Assembly (NCBI GenBank): GCA_027310405.1
Contig: DAIDAX010000001.1
Coordinates: 7,580 to 71,579 of the forward strand
Source: a bacterium
GTDB lineage: Archaea > Aenigmatarchaeota > Aenigmatarchaeia > CG10238-14 > SCSR01
Reading direction: 5' to 3'
DNA length: 64,000 nt
Position 1 is the stretch's first letter; each line of letters opens with the position of its first letter. The notes beneath the pieces are model-generated. The model did not search any database. It saw only the letters and a list, made by a program, of their open reading frames with translations, and was not told the origin of the DNA. Below are positions 37,863-46,589 of this stretch, in pieces. The translations under genes were made by a program, and so were the position numbers.

Positions 37863-39619
37863 ACTCCAGATTTTGTTTTGACTTGTCCTAAATCAAATCT
37901 TATTCTTCCGTCAGGATCTCTGTAGGCTGAACCATTCGTGGCATACTTTTCTAGTATGTGTCCGATCAATCTTGTGTATAGACCATTGCCGTCTATGTTG
38001 GCTTGAAGAGTCGATTCAACTTTATTGTGTTTTGTTCTGGCGAGTTTTCTTATTTCCCACTGCGCTCCATCGTCCGTCCGCTGAAGTTGAAAATTGATGT
38101 CAGCATAGCCATTCAGGTTTGCATATCCAAGAACTTCTGTGCCGAGAGGAACGAAGTATGCTGCGGCTTCTGCAAAGTATCTATGATCGTTAAACAAATC
38201 CCTCGCTATTCCAGCTGCGTGATTGAAAATTTTCGAAGCTTTTTCTACAGCTTTGATTGATGGTGGTTCTACGATTTCCCATCTGTCTCCGGCATGCAAC
38301 AGGCTTTCGAAAAATTGTGTTCCGTAATTGTGCCGCATGTGCTGTGCGGCCATTGAAGCAGAACCTCGGAATAGATATTCAATGGACATTGTTTTCAGAG
38401 CAGGATCTTTAGGATTTTGTATATCTTCAATTTTACCAATTGGTGATCTTACATTAAGAATTATAACTGGATCAGTAAAATGCTCTATGTCAACGTTAGG
38501 AAATAATTCTTCGAAGAACTTTGGTCTAGCTGTGTAACCAGATGCAATTCCAGCCCGTTCAGCTTCCGGTGCAAATGTCGGAGAAATTATTGCATATGTT
38601 TTTGACGTGGCTTTTAAAAATTTTCTATAACCAACTGTTCTTGACAAATTGTCGCTTGCTGCATAAGCCAGCGCTTGGGATAAATTAAATGGATTTGTAG
38701 AAAATGTAGTGGAAGTTCGAGCACACATCAATGCAGCATAACGAACGTCTTCTTTCGGTAATTTCTTTCCGTTGCCTGCGTCAATTTCGTAAAGTTCTTT
38801 CAAACTCGAAGTAAGTTCTTCCAGTCCTCGTCTTACCTTTTCAACTCCTTTGAATTCTTCGGGGATGATGTGAACAAGCAATGGAACATCCCTTCCGCTT
38901 TTTTCTTCCGAACCTCTGAACTCCGCATTGTCGATCGAGTTAAACAAAAACAAATCGTAACGTGTCACAAAATCCACTGAAAGCATTGGAGGAATAAGTT
39001 CTACAACTGAAGTGTGTCCTCGTGCTTCAAAATCTGGAAGTTCTTTTATTCTGTAAACAAGTGGAGCGTAAGGTTTTCCAGAAGCTGTTCTTCCCAGTCC
39101 GTGCAAAAGTTCCCATGAATTACTAGGACTTCTATCAGCAAATCCAGCAGCAAGCATTGCAAATTCTATGTTGTTGGGTTCTTTTCGCATCGCCATTAGG
39201 TTTAGTACACGCGTCCATAAAGCAATACGCTTTGCAAAAAAACTTTCGTCGACAACATCATGTTCTTTATTGATATCGAAAAATCGTAACTTCGGAAATG
39301 TTTCTTTGAATCTTTTTTTCCTTTCCGGATAAGGACTAATATAATCTATAGCGAGTTGGGTAAATTGTTCGGGTCTTAACTGAAAAGTGTCATCAAATCG
39401 AAATTCATTAGCAAAATCGTGAGTTATATCATCGTACTTAAGAAGTTCTACAGAGAAATTTCCTAAGTGTTGGCTGACTTGCCACATTGCATCTTCATAT
39501 TCCGTACTTTCTTTTTTCACTTCGTCATATAGATCGTGTATTTCATCGTCAGATACATTGTAAGGATAAAGAAGTTTTACTTCAGGTTCCCTTTCAACAA
39601 CTAATTCTGTAGTGAACAT
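37859..39619 (-). CDS. divergent tandem ThyX-like (FAD-dependent thymidylate synthase-like) protein
   Basis: Domain 1: GHTSVVE...EEKSGR...EDVRY. Domain 2: QHMRHN...AAYFVPLG...AQWEIRKLA. Confidence 0.7.
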   Translation of the reverse strand: MFTTELVVEREPEVKLLYPYNVSDDEIHDLYDEVKKESTEYEDAMWQVSQHLGNFSVELLKYDDITHDFANEFRFDDTFQLRPEQFTQLAIDYISPYPERKKRFKETFPKLRFFDINKEHDVVDESFFAKRIALWTRVLNLMAMRKEPNNIEFAMLAAGFADRSPSNSWELLHGLGRTASGKPYAPLVYRIKELPDFEARGHTSVVELIPPMLSVDFVTRYDLFLFNSIDNAEFRGSEEKSGRDVPLLVHIIPEEFKGVEKVRRGLEELTSSLKELYEIDAGNGKKLPKEDVRYAALMCARTSTTFSTNPFNLSQALAYAASDNLSRTVGYRKFLKATSKTYAIISPTFAPEAERAGIASGYTARPKFFEELFPNVDIEHFTDPVIILNVRSPIGKIEDIQNPKDPALKTMSIEYLFRGSASMAAQHMRHNYGTQFFESLLHAGDRWEIVEPPSIKAVEKASKIFNHAAGIARDLFNDHRYFAEAAAYFVPLGTEVLGYANLNGYADINFQLQRTDDGAQWEIRKLARTKHNKVESTLQANIDGNGLYTRLIGHILEKYATNGSAYRDPDGRIRFDLGQVKTKSGV

Positions 39620-39673
39620 TCAAAATTAAACTAATTCTAAAAGATTTATGTTTTGTTTTCGTTCATTTCAGAT

Positions 39674-40237
39674 TTAATATAATTTTTGTGCAACATCTTT
39701 TAGTTTTTCTTGAAAAACTTCCAATCCATCATCATTCTGAATTACAAAATCACACATTGACATGCATTTTCCAACCTGTTGTCCGTATTCTGGTTCGCCT
39801 TCTCCTTGGTCACGTTTGTCGAGTGCAATAAATTCTTCAAAAGTTTTCGGGTCTGTCTGTCGTTCACGAGTCTGAACTCTTTGCCAACGAATCTCCTGTG
39901 GAGCATCAACACCAATTAGGAAAAAATTTTTTCCAAAAGTTTTTTTCAACCATTCCGCTTCTCCAGGATTTCGAATTCCATCAACAATTATCAGTTCTCT
40001 TTCTCTTGGCAGATATTCCACACCCATTTTTGCTAGAATATGAGTTCCATAATTTTTTCTCATTTCGTTTCCAAAATCCTGAAGCGATTTTCTATTGAAA
40101 TCTTTTTTCTTTCTCTGCTCTTCAGCGCGAATCACAGAAGAAAGCGAAACGTAGTAAGAAGTAAATTTTTGTTGAAGAAAGTCTTTGACTACTTCTTTAC
40201 CGGAAGCAATCGTACCAGTGATGCCTATAACTTTCAT
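39674..40237 (-). CDS. P-loop nucleotide kinase (dephospho-CoA/NMP kinase-like)
   Basis: GTIASGKE, VDGIRNPGE, DAPQEIR..R. Confidence 0.85.
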   Translation of the reverse strand: MKVIGITGTIASGKEVVKDFLQQKFTSYYVSLSSVIRAEEQRKKKDFNRKSLQDFGNEMRKNYGTHILAKMGVEYLPRERELIIVDGIRNPGEAEWLKKTFGKNFFLIGVDAPQEIRWQRVQTRERQTDPKTFEEFIALDKRDQGEGEPEYGQQVGKCMSMCDFVIQNDDGLEVFQEKLKDVAQKLY

Positions 40238-40278
40238 TCAACAAAATTCGTTTTTCAAATTTAAATTAATTTTCTGTC

Positions 40279-40443
40279 CTAAAGATCAGCTGGACGAAGA
40301 GTTTTTCTACCGTTCGCCTTCGCACGTTCGATAGCACGCTTAAGTTTCCAGGCGACTTTATTGTCAAGTTCCTTGAAAAAGTCCCCACTAGCGCGCATAC
40401 CTTTCAGTTGAGAACGAACAGCAGATTTCACCACTAGTGCCAT
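40279..40443 (-). CDS. minimal histone-fold protein (54 aa)
   Basis: Translated by hand, not in ORF track: MALVVKSAVRSQLKGMRASGDFFKELDNKVAWKLKRAIERAKANGRKTLRPADL; RKT...D motif; AGGTGA SD. Confidence 0.88.
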   Translation of the reverse strand: MALVVKSAVRSQLKGMRASGDFFKELDNKVAWKLKRAIERAKANGRKTLRPADL

Positions 40444-40511
40444 TAATCATTCACCTGAATTTCTATTGAATTTTAACACTATTTAAATTTGTTGTTTATT
40501 TGCCGAAATTC

Positions 40512-40982
40512 TCAAGAATTCGAAGGTTTAGAAAAAAGAACAAGTTCGACTCCCGCTTCTTTCATCAGGTTTGTTCCTAGTTCGTCTGGATATTTTTCTC
40601 CAGCAACAACTTTTGAAATTCCTGCATTGATTATCATTTTTGCACAAGTTGTACATGGCACATACGTTGTGTAAAGAACAGCACCGTTCGTATTTATTCC
40701 ATGTCTGGCCGCTTGAACGATTGCGTTTTCTTCAGCGTGAGAGCATGCACATGCGTCTAATGCTTCTCCAGAATTTATTTCACCTTTCACTCGCGCAGAA
40801 CATCTTGCACAACCACCGTCCGTGCAATGTTTTGTTTTTGATGGAGTTCCATTGTAGCCTGTAGCGATGACGCGATTTTCACGAACAAGAACAGCACCTT
40901 TTGCTGGTGATAAACAAGTAGAACGTTTCTTTGCAACTTGAGCAAGTTCCATGAAATATTCATCCCAAGTTGGTCGAGGCAT
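40512..40982 (-). CDS. dCMP deaminase
   Basis: RPTWDEYFM, TGYNG, HAEENA, PCTTCAK. Confidence 0.95.
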   Translation of the reverse strand: MPRPTWDEYFMELAQVAKKRSTCLSPAKGAVLVRENRVIATGYNGTPSKTKHCTDGGCARCSARVKGEINSGEALDACACSHAEENAIVQAARHGINTNGAVLYTTYVPCTTCAKMIINAGISKVVAGEKYPDELGTNLMKEAGVELVLFSKPSNS

Positions 40983-41035
40983 TGTTATTATAAAGCTGGG
41001 AAAAAATATAAATGTTAAATCTACAGAGTGGTTTT

Positions 41036-41551
41036 ATGGGATTGCGACCTGGAAGATCAATGAGAAAAGTTGAGAGACCTTACACGAGAGTCTCGAAAAG
41101 TGTGCCGAGAAAATCTTATGTTGTTGGTGTTCCTTTTCCAAAGACACACCAATTTGAAATGGGTGCGCGAACTGGAAATTTTGATACGACACTTTATCTT
41201 GTTGGAGAAAAATCTGTACAGATTCGAGATAATGCATTGGAAGCTGCAAGAATTGTTGCAAATAAATTTTTGGACACGAAAGTCGGACCGACAAATTATT
41301 TCATGAAAATTTTGAAGTATCCACATCATGTTTTGCGAGAGAAACCAATTGCAACAGGAGCAGGGGCAGATCGATATTCGCAAGGAATGGCACATGCGTT
41401 TGGAAAACCAGTTGGGACTGCGATACAGACAAAAGAAAATGAAAGACTTGTCATGCTCAAAGTTTCGAAACAAAATCTGGAACTTGCTAAAGCTGCACTG
41501 AAAAAATTTGGATTGAAAATTTCAACATCGACGAAAATTGTTTCAGCGTGA
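41036..41551 (+). CDS. rpl10e: 50S ribosomal protein L10e (uL16)
   Basis: QIRDNALEAAR, YPHHVLRE, GADRYSQGM..AFGKP.G. Confidence 0.96.
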   Translation: MGLRPGRSMRKVERPYTRVSKSVPRKSYVVGVPFPKTHQFEMGARTGNFDTTLYLVGEKSVQIRDNALEAARIVANKFLDTKVGPTNYFMKILKYPHHVLREKPIATGAGADRYSQGMAHAFGKPVGTAIQTKENERLVMLKVSKQNLELAKAALKKFGLKISTSTKIVSA

Positions 41552-42223
41552 TTATTTTTCCAATTTTTTGAATCCGTACGCGAGTCCTGCGAGAATTAAA
41601 ATTGAAAATAAAATATTGACGTAGTTGAATGTCGGAAATGCTGCGATTGCTAAAGATGTTGTAGGCTGTTGTTGCAAACCATTCCAGACCCAGAGCCAGC
41701 TAGCTGCACCGACCGAAGCAAAAACTATCGCCAACAAAGCGAACTTGTTCCCGTGTGGATGCTCTTCTGGCCTTCGAAGTCGAGACAGATATATGGAAAT
41801 TTCTCCTACCGTGTCTGCAATCTCTTTGTCCAGATCGTCTATAAGTTTTCTGTAGCGCGTTAGTTCCATGCCAGATTTCAATCTATGGTAATCCAAGTCG
41901 GAAGAATCTTCGATGTCCTTAAGTTCAGGATGCAGTCTCATGAACATTCTAAGAGCGTCTTTTTCAGAATATCCCCTGTGTGCAACGAATTCTTTTGCAG
42001 TCTCTATATCGGCTACAGTGTCATGCGCTTTCTGATAGCCTTCCCTAACAGATTGCAATTCCTGATAAGCAACCCCACCGAGTCTTACTTGCATTTTTAG
42101 ACGATTTGCTTCGTCCTTGTTTGGTGCATATCGATCAAGATCACTGCGGAGAGAGTTTCTGCCTCCCTCTGATCGTAGTTTGTAGCTGACCTCTTCTAAA
42201 AGTTTTCTTGAAACTGCTGGCAA
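41552..42223 (-). CDS. hypothetical protein with two C-terminal TM helices
   Basis: Helical soluble part plus two hydrophobic segments; start may be ATT at 42232. Confidence 0.65.
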   Translation of the reverse strand: MPAVSRKLLEEVSYKLRSEGGRNSLRSDLDRYAPNKDEANRLKMQVRLGGVAYQELQSVREGYQKAHDTVADIETAKEFVAHRGYSEKDALRMFMRLHPELKDIEDSSDLDYHRLKSGMELTRYRKLIDDLDKEIADTVGEISIYLSRLRRPEEHPHGNKFALLAIVFASVGAASWLWVWNGLQQQPTTSLAIAAFPTFNYVNILFSILILAGLAYGFKKLEK

Positions 42224-42280
42224 GTTCTCAATTAACTATTCACCTGCGTGCTAAAAATAGTTTATTTACAAAATAATATT

Positions 42281-44524
42281 ATGGAGTATATTCTCTGGTT
42301 TGACAAAATTTCCAAAGATGACATTCCATTGGCCGGAGGTAAAGGTGCTAACCTCGGGGAGATGGTTCAGATTGGAATGCCTATTCCAGCAGGATTTGTC
42401 GTCACAACAAAAGCTTTCGATCGATTCTTGAAAGAGAATAATCTTGAAGATGAAATTCAGAGAATAATTTTACAAACAAACGTTGACAACGTTGTAGATC
42501 TGAAAGATACTTCTGCAAGAATAAAATCAATGATACTTGCTGCCGAAATTCCAGCGCAGATAAAAGGAGAAATTACTGAAGCTTACAAAATGCTCTCTTA
42601 TTCTGAAAATGTTGTTGCGAATGAAAAACTTTTGTCGCTGATTTCTCCTGGAAGAGAATATGCAATTGTTGCTGTCAGAAGTTCTGCGACCGCTGAAGAT
42701 TTACCGACTGCAAGTTTCGCTGGACAACATGAATCATTTCTAAATGTGAAAGGCGCGAAGGATGTTGTTGAGTCTGTAAAAAAAGTTTGGGCTTCGCTCT
42801 ATGATCCTCGTGCAATTTTTTATCGAGCAAAAAATAATGTCGAACGTGCGAGTATTGCAGTTATTGTGCAGAGAATGGTTAATGCTGATAAAAGTGGAGT
42901 GATGTTTACAAAAAATCCACAGACTGGAGAAGAAAATTTTGTAATCGAATCCACATGGGGACTTGGAGAAATGCTTGTCTCCGGATCAATCGAACCTGAT
43001 ACGTTTGTTGTTTCTCGAGATGGAAAAATTCTCTCTTCAAGAATTGGAAAAAAATCTTTGATGAAAATTCGTGATTATGCGACAGATAGAACTGTTGAAG
43101 TTAGAGTAGCTAGAGAAAGTATTGAAGCCCCCTCGTTGAATGAAAATGAAATCAGAGCGCTTGTAAAATATGGACTGTCGCTGGAACAGCATTATGGAAA
43201 ACCGCAAGACGTAGAATTTGCAATTGAAAGAAGTCGTTTACAAATTGTGCAGACGCGTGCGATAACAACTGAGGCAAAAGTTGAAGAAGTAGAAGTCAAA
43301 GGAAAACAAATTCTGAAAGGACTTGGAGCTTCACCTGGAGTTGCAACTGGAAGAGTTAAAATTGTTTATAACATTCAAGACATTTCAAAAATTCAAAACA
43401 AAGATGTTCTCGTCACGACAATGACCTCTCCCGATTTAGTTCCAGCGATGAGAAAATGTTCTGCAATAATCACTGATCTTGGTGGAGTAACTTCACATGC
43501 TGCAATTGTTTCTCGTGAGATGGGAATTCCTGCAATTGTTGGAACGAAGGATGCGACAAAAGTTTTGAAAGATGGACAGACTGTTACTGTTGATGCTTAC
43601 CATGGAGTTGTTTATCTCGGAGAAAGTTGGATCAAATCTCCAGAAAAAATTTTCGAAGAGAAAGAAAAATTTTCTGTGCCTACAAAAGTTTCAGTGAAAG
43701 TTAATCTTGTTTTTGCTGACAAAGCTGAAGAAGTTGCACAGAAAGTTGACGGAGTAGGTTTGCTGCGAATCGAACACATGATTGCTCAATTTGGTGTGCA
43801 TCCTGCAAAACTTTTGCATGAAGGAAGAATTGAAGAATACACAAAACTTTTAGTCGAAGGAATTCGCCCGATTGCTTCTGCATTTTCTGGAAAACCTGTT
43901 TGGGTTAGAACACTTGATGCGCGCAGCGACGAGTTTAGAAATTTGCAAGGTGGAGAAGAAGAACCGAAAGAAGATAATCCAATGCTCGGTTGGCACGGGA
44001 TTCGCAGAAGTTTGGATGAACCAGAATTGTTGAAAGCTGAATTCGAAGCAATGAAAAAATTGCATGAAGAAGGATTTTCAAATGTGCATGTCATGCTTCC
44101 GTTCGTGATTTCTGTTGACGAATTCACACATGCGAGAGAAATTGCAAAAGAACTGAACGTTCCTGGAGAAATGAAAATTGGAATAATGGTTGAAACTCCT
44201 GCAGCTGCATTGACAATTGAAGAATTTTGTAAACAGGGAATTGATTTTGTAAGTTTCGGAACAAATGATTTAACGCAATTAACTTTGGGAATCGACAGAA
44301 ACAATGAAAAAATTGCGAGTTTATTTTCAGAATTTCATCCTGCAGTTTTGAAACAAATTAAAAATGTAATTGACGTGACGAAAAAATACAACATCGAAAG
44401 TTCGATCTGTGGAGAGGCTGGAAGCAATCCAGAAATGGTGAAAATTTTAGCTGATTACGGAATAACGAGTGTTTCGTGCAACATCGATGCAATAGAAAAA
44501 ATCAAATCGATTCTCACTGGTTGA
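42281..44524 (+). CDS. ppsA: phosphoenolpyruvate synthase (pyruvate,water dikinase)
   Basis: GGKGANLGEM, AVRSSATAED, GGVTSHAAIVSRE, SFGTNDLTQ. Confidence 0.97.
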   Translation: MEYILWFDKISKDDIPLAGGKGANLGEMVQIGMPIPAGFVVTTKAFDRFLKENNLEDEIQRIILQTNVDNVVDLKDTSARIKSMILAAEIPAQIKGEITEAYKMLSYSENVVANEKLLSLISPGREYAIVAVRSSATAEDLPTASFAGQHESFLNVKGAKDVVESVKKVWASLYDPRAIFYRAKNNVERASIAVIVQRMVNADKSGVMFTKNPQTGEENFVIESTWGLGEMLVSGSIEPDTFVVSRDGKILSSRIGKKSLMKIRDYATDRTVEVRVARESIEAPSLNENEIRALVKYGLSLEQHYGKPQDVEFAIERSRLQIVQTRAITTEAKVEEVEVKGKQILKGLGASPGVATGRVKIVYNIQDISKIQNKDVLVTTMTSPDLVPAMRKCSAIITDLGGVTSHAAIVSREMGIPAIVGTKDATKVLKDGQTVTVDAYHGVVYLGESWIKSPEKIFEEKEKFSVPTKVSVKVNLVFADKAEEVAQKVDGVGLLRIEHMIAQFGVHPAKLLHEGRIEEYTKLLVEGIRPIASAFSGKPVWVRTLDARSDEFRNLQGGEEEPKEDNPMLGWHGIRRSLDEPELLKAEFEAMKKLHEEGFSNVHVMLPFVISVDEFTHAREIAKELNVPGEMKIGIMVETPAAALTIEEFCKQGIDFVSFGTNDLTQLTLGIDRNNEKIASLFSEFHPAVLKQIKNVIDVTKKYNIESSICGEAGSNPEMVKILADYGITSVSCNIDAIEKIKSILTG

Positions 44525-44780
44525 TGTAATTGTAAAACGGTTGGAGATCTGTAACGCTATATTTCTTGTACATGAAATCAAGCGGACCATGATAAACGAT
44601 TACACCTTTGTCTGTAACATCTCCATCATTTTCAATTACTTCATTTGCCCAAGAATTAAGTCTCATCAGGGTTATTCTTGCTTCTTCAGGACTAACTGAT
44701 CTTTTTGTAGTTCTACTTAGATACTCTGCTGTCTTTTCCGCTTTTCGTACGTCTGCGGTTCTCAATCTCCAACTCAACAT
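44514..44780 (-). CDS. hypothetical protein
   Basis: 88-aa ORF from ATG 44780, downstream of a TTTAAATA box; overlaps the ppsA 3' end. Confidence 0.55.
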   Translation of the reverse strand: MLSWRLRTADVRKAEKTAEYLSRTTKRSVSPEEARITLMRLNSWANEVIENDGDVTDKGVIVYHGPLDFMYKKYSVTDLQPFYNYINQ

Positions 44781-45062
44781 ATTTGAAAAGAGTTGCAATA
44801 AATATTTAAACTTAATAATTTTCATACACATCTTTGTTTTGTGGGGACTGGGTGGAGGTACGCTGATCCTGAAACGGATTTTCAGAGACTCGTCCTTACA
44901 GTTTTTGAATTGCCTTATTTGTTGCCGCAAGACATAGTAGCCCAAATCACAGACTGTATGTCGAAGGTATGACGATGGAAGTCAGCAGAAACAACATCAA
45001 CCTCAACGTTCACCCTTTGATCAATAGACCAATCTCAGCATATCAAAACAAGCGATGATTTT

Positions 45063-45135
45063 AGCCTCGACCGGGAATTGAACCCGGGACCTCGTGCTTA
45101 CCATGCACGCACTCTACCGACTGAGCTATCGAGGC
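45063..45135 (-). tRNA. tRNA-Thr(GGT)
   Basis: GCCTCGA/TCGAGGC acceptor; CGTGC-AT-GGT-AA-GCACG; TTCAATT. Confidence 0.95.
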
Positions 45136-45170
45136 ACTGTATATAAATTTGATTGTTGATTTTAACTCTT

Positions 45171-45491
45171 ATGAGCGAGAGAGAGTCGAAAGACAACGAA
45201 ATGTTGCAGTGTCTGTACCAACAAATTGAACTGTTTGCTCGTGAGAAAGGACTAAGAATTTATCCTCTTCGTGGTTCCGTGAAATATCCATGGGATGACA
45301 AATTAGAATTGGAATTGAGAGATTCTGCTTCCAGATTATATCTAAATGTTACTCTTGACATGTCTACACTTGAGAAAATTTTTATCACAATGAATCCGAA
45401 ATTTCAAGAAACCAAATCTTACAGAGATGATTTGAAAAAAAAACTGTGGGAGACTCGTATCAAGTTTGTCATGAACTATAAGTTTCGTTGA
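45171..45491 (+). CDS. hypothetical protein
   Basis: 106-aa ORF; TATA element shared with the divergent tRNA. Confidence 0.6.
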   Translation: MSERESKDNEMLQCLYQQIELFAREKGLRIYPLRGSVKYPWDDKLELELRDSASRLYLNVTLDMSTLEKIFITMNPKFQETKSYRDDLKKKLWETRIKFVMNYKFR

Positions 45492-45570
45492 AAGAAGAAA
45501 AGATAGAAAAAATTTTCTCAAAAATCCATCTTACTGGACACACGAGAGAGGTTCTAGAAAGTTTGTAGAA

Positions 45571-46128
45571 TCAAATAGATTTGTTGATTGTTTTCATCAC
45601 AACATCTTTCAGGGTCGAGTACCTGAAAGCTAGTCGAATTAGAGGTTCTCTCAAAAACTCGTCAAAGTTGCTTTGGCGAGGCTGATCGAATGCTTCGCGA
45701 TATACTTCCGGATTAAACTCTAAGACTGAATGATAAAGTGGATGTCCGCGAACTGATCTGTCTGAACTTCTGGTGTAGCCGAGTAAGACGTAAGGTTCAA
45801 TAATAACTTTAGCAGAATGTACACGAAAAATAATTGTTGCCCTATCTTCCAGATTGCTTTTGCCATTAAATTTGGGTAAATAAACAGAACAATGTAATCC
45901 GTCCTTTCCAGTTAACGTACATAAGCTGAAATGTGCGTCCGGATTCTCGCCCAAGGGAAGTCGATCAAGGACAAAGTTAGATTCTGAGATTAATCTGGCC
46001 TGGCTTTTTTCTAATTCTAATTCTTTGCCGTTTATGGGTAGTTCGTATCTTTCGGGCGTCTTGGCAGCATCGACTACCAAACGTTTTCTTGGATTCCAAA
46101 ATTCTCTTTCAAGTTGTTTAAGACCCAT
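45571..46128 (-). CDS. hypothetical protein
   Basis: 185-aa orphan ORF. Confidence 0.6.
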   Translation of the reverse strand: MGLKQLEREFWNPRKRLVVDAAKTPERYELPINGKELELEKSQARLISESNFVLDRLPLGENPDAHFSLCTLTGKDGLHCSVYLPKFNGKSNLEDRATIIFRVHSAKVIIEPYVLLGYTRSSDRSVRGHPLYHSVLEFNPEVYREAFDQPRQSNFDEFLREPLIRLAFRYSTLKDVVMKTINKSI

Positions 46129-46184
46129 ACTAACTTTTAGATTAATTAAAAATTTAAACTTACAAAAATTTTTCAGAAACTTTA

Positions 46185-46442
46185 CTACTCGACGACCTTG
46201 TAGACATTGTCGCCGTTTCGAACTCTGTCTTTGACTTTCAGTCCGACGGAATCGCCTTTGTTTGCAGTAGCCACATTATCGTGCTCGATCTGCATGCTGT
46301 CGACTGTCTGTTGAATGTTCGTTGTCGTGCCTTCGATTGAAATGTTGTCGCCTTTTGCTAACGAATCTGTCAAGTCAACGACGGCAACACCAATGTGCGA
46401 GTAGTAGTGAGAGATTTTTCCGACGAGTTTTTTGTCTACCAT
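46185..46442 (-). CDS. small beta-barrel protein (EF-Tu domain II / U32 C-terminal-like)
   Basis: VGKISHYYSHIGVAVV...SMQIEH...GDSVGLKV..RVR.GD.VY. Confidence 0.85.
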   Translation of the reverse strand: MVDKKLVGKISHYYSHIGVAVVDLTDSLAKGDNISIEGTTTNIQQTVDSMQIEHDNVATANKGDSVGLKVKDRVRNGDNVYKVVE

Positions 46443-46476
46443 AATTAACGTATGTCCAGTGTGCCTTAAATCTTTG

Positions 46477-46562
46477 TGCGGGAGGTGGGATTTGAACCCA
46501 CGTATGCACTAAGCAACTAGCACCTCAAGCTAGCGGAATTGACCAGGCTATCCGACCCCCGC
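46477..46562 (-). tRNA. tRNA-Leu(GAG)
   Basis: GCGGGGG/CTCCCGC acceptor; CTAGC-TT-GAG-GT-GCTAG; long variable arm; A73. Confidence 0.95.
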
Positions 46563-46589
46563 GTAAAATATACTTTGACTACTGACGTT

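Noticed and set aside
26553-44859. Shared GACTGGRTGGAGGT word at about 26553 (minus) and 44846 (plus)
   Set aside because: A 13/14 match is expected by chance in 64 kb and includes an SD-like core.
44878-44990. Group I intron-like words (TCAGAGACT, AAGACATAGT, CACAGACTGTATGTC)
   Set aside because: P7 pairing fails for the first pair, there is no room for P4-P6 in the second arrangement, and no interrupted host gene is present.
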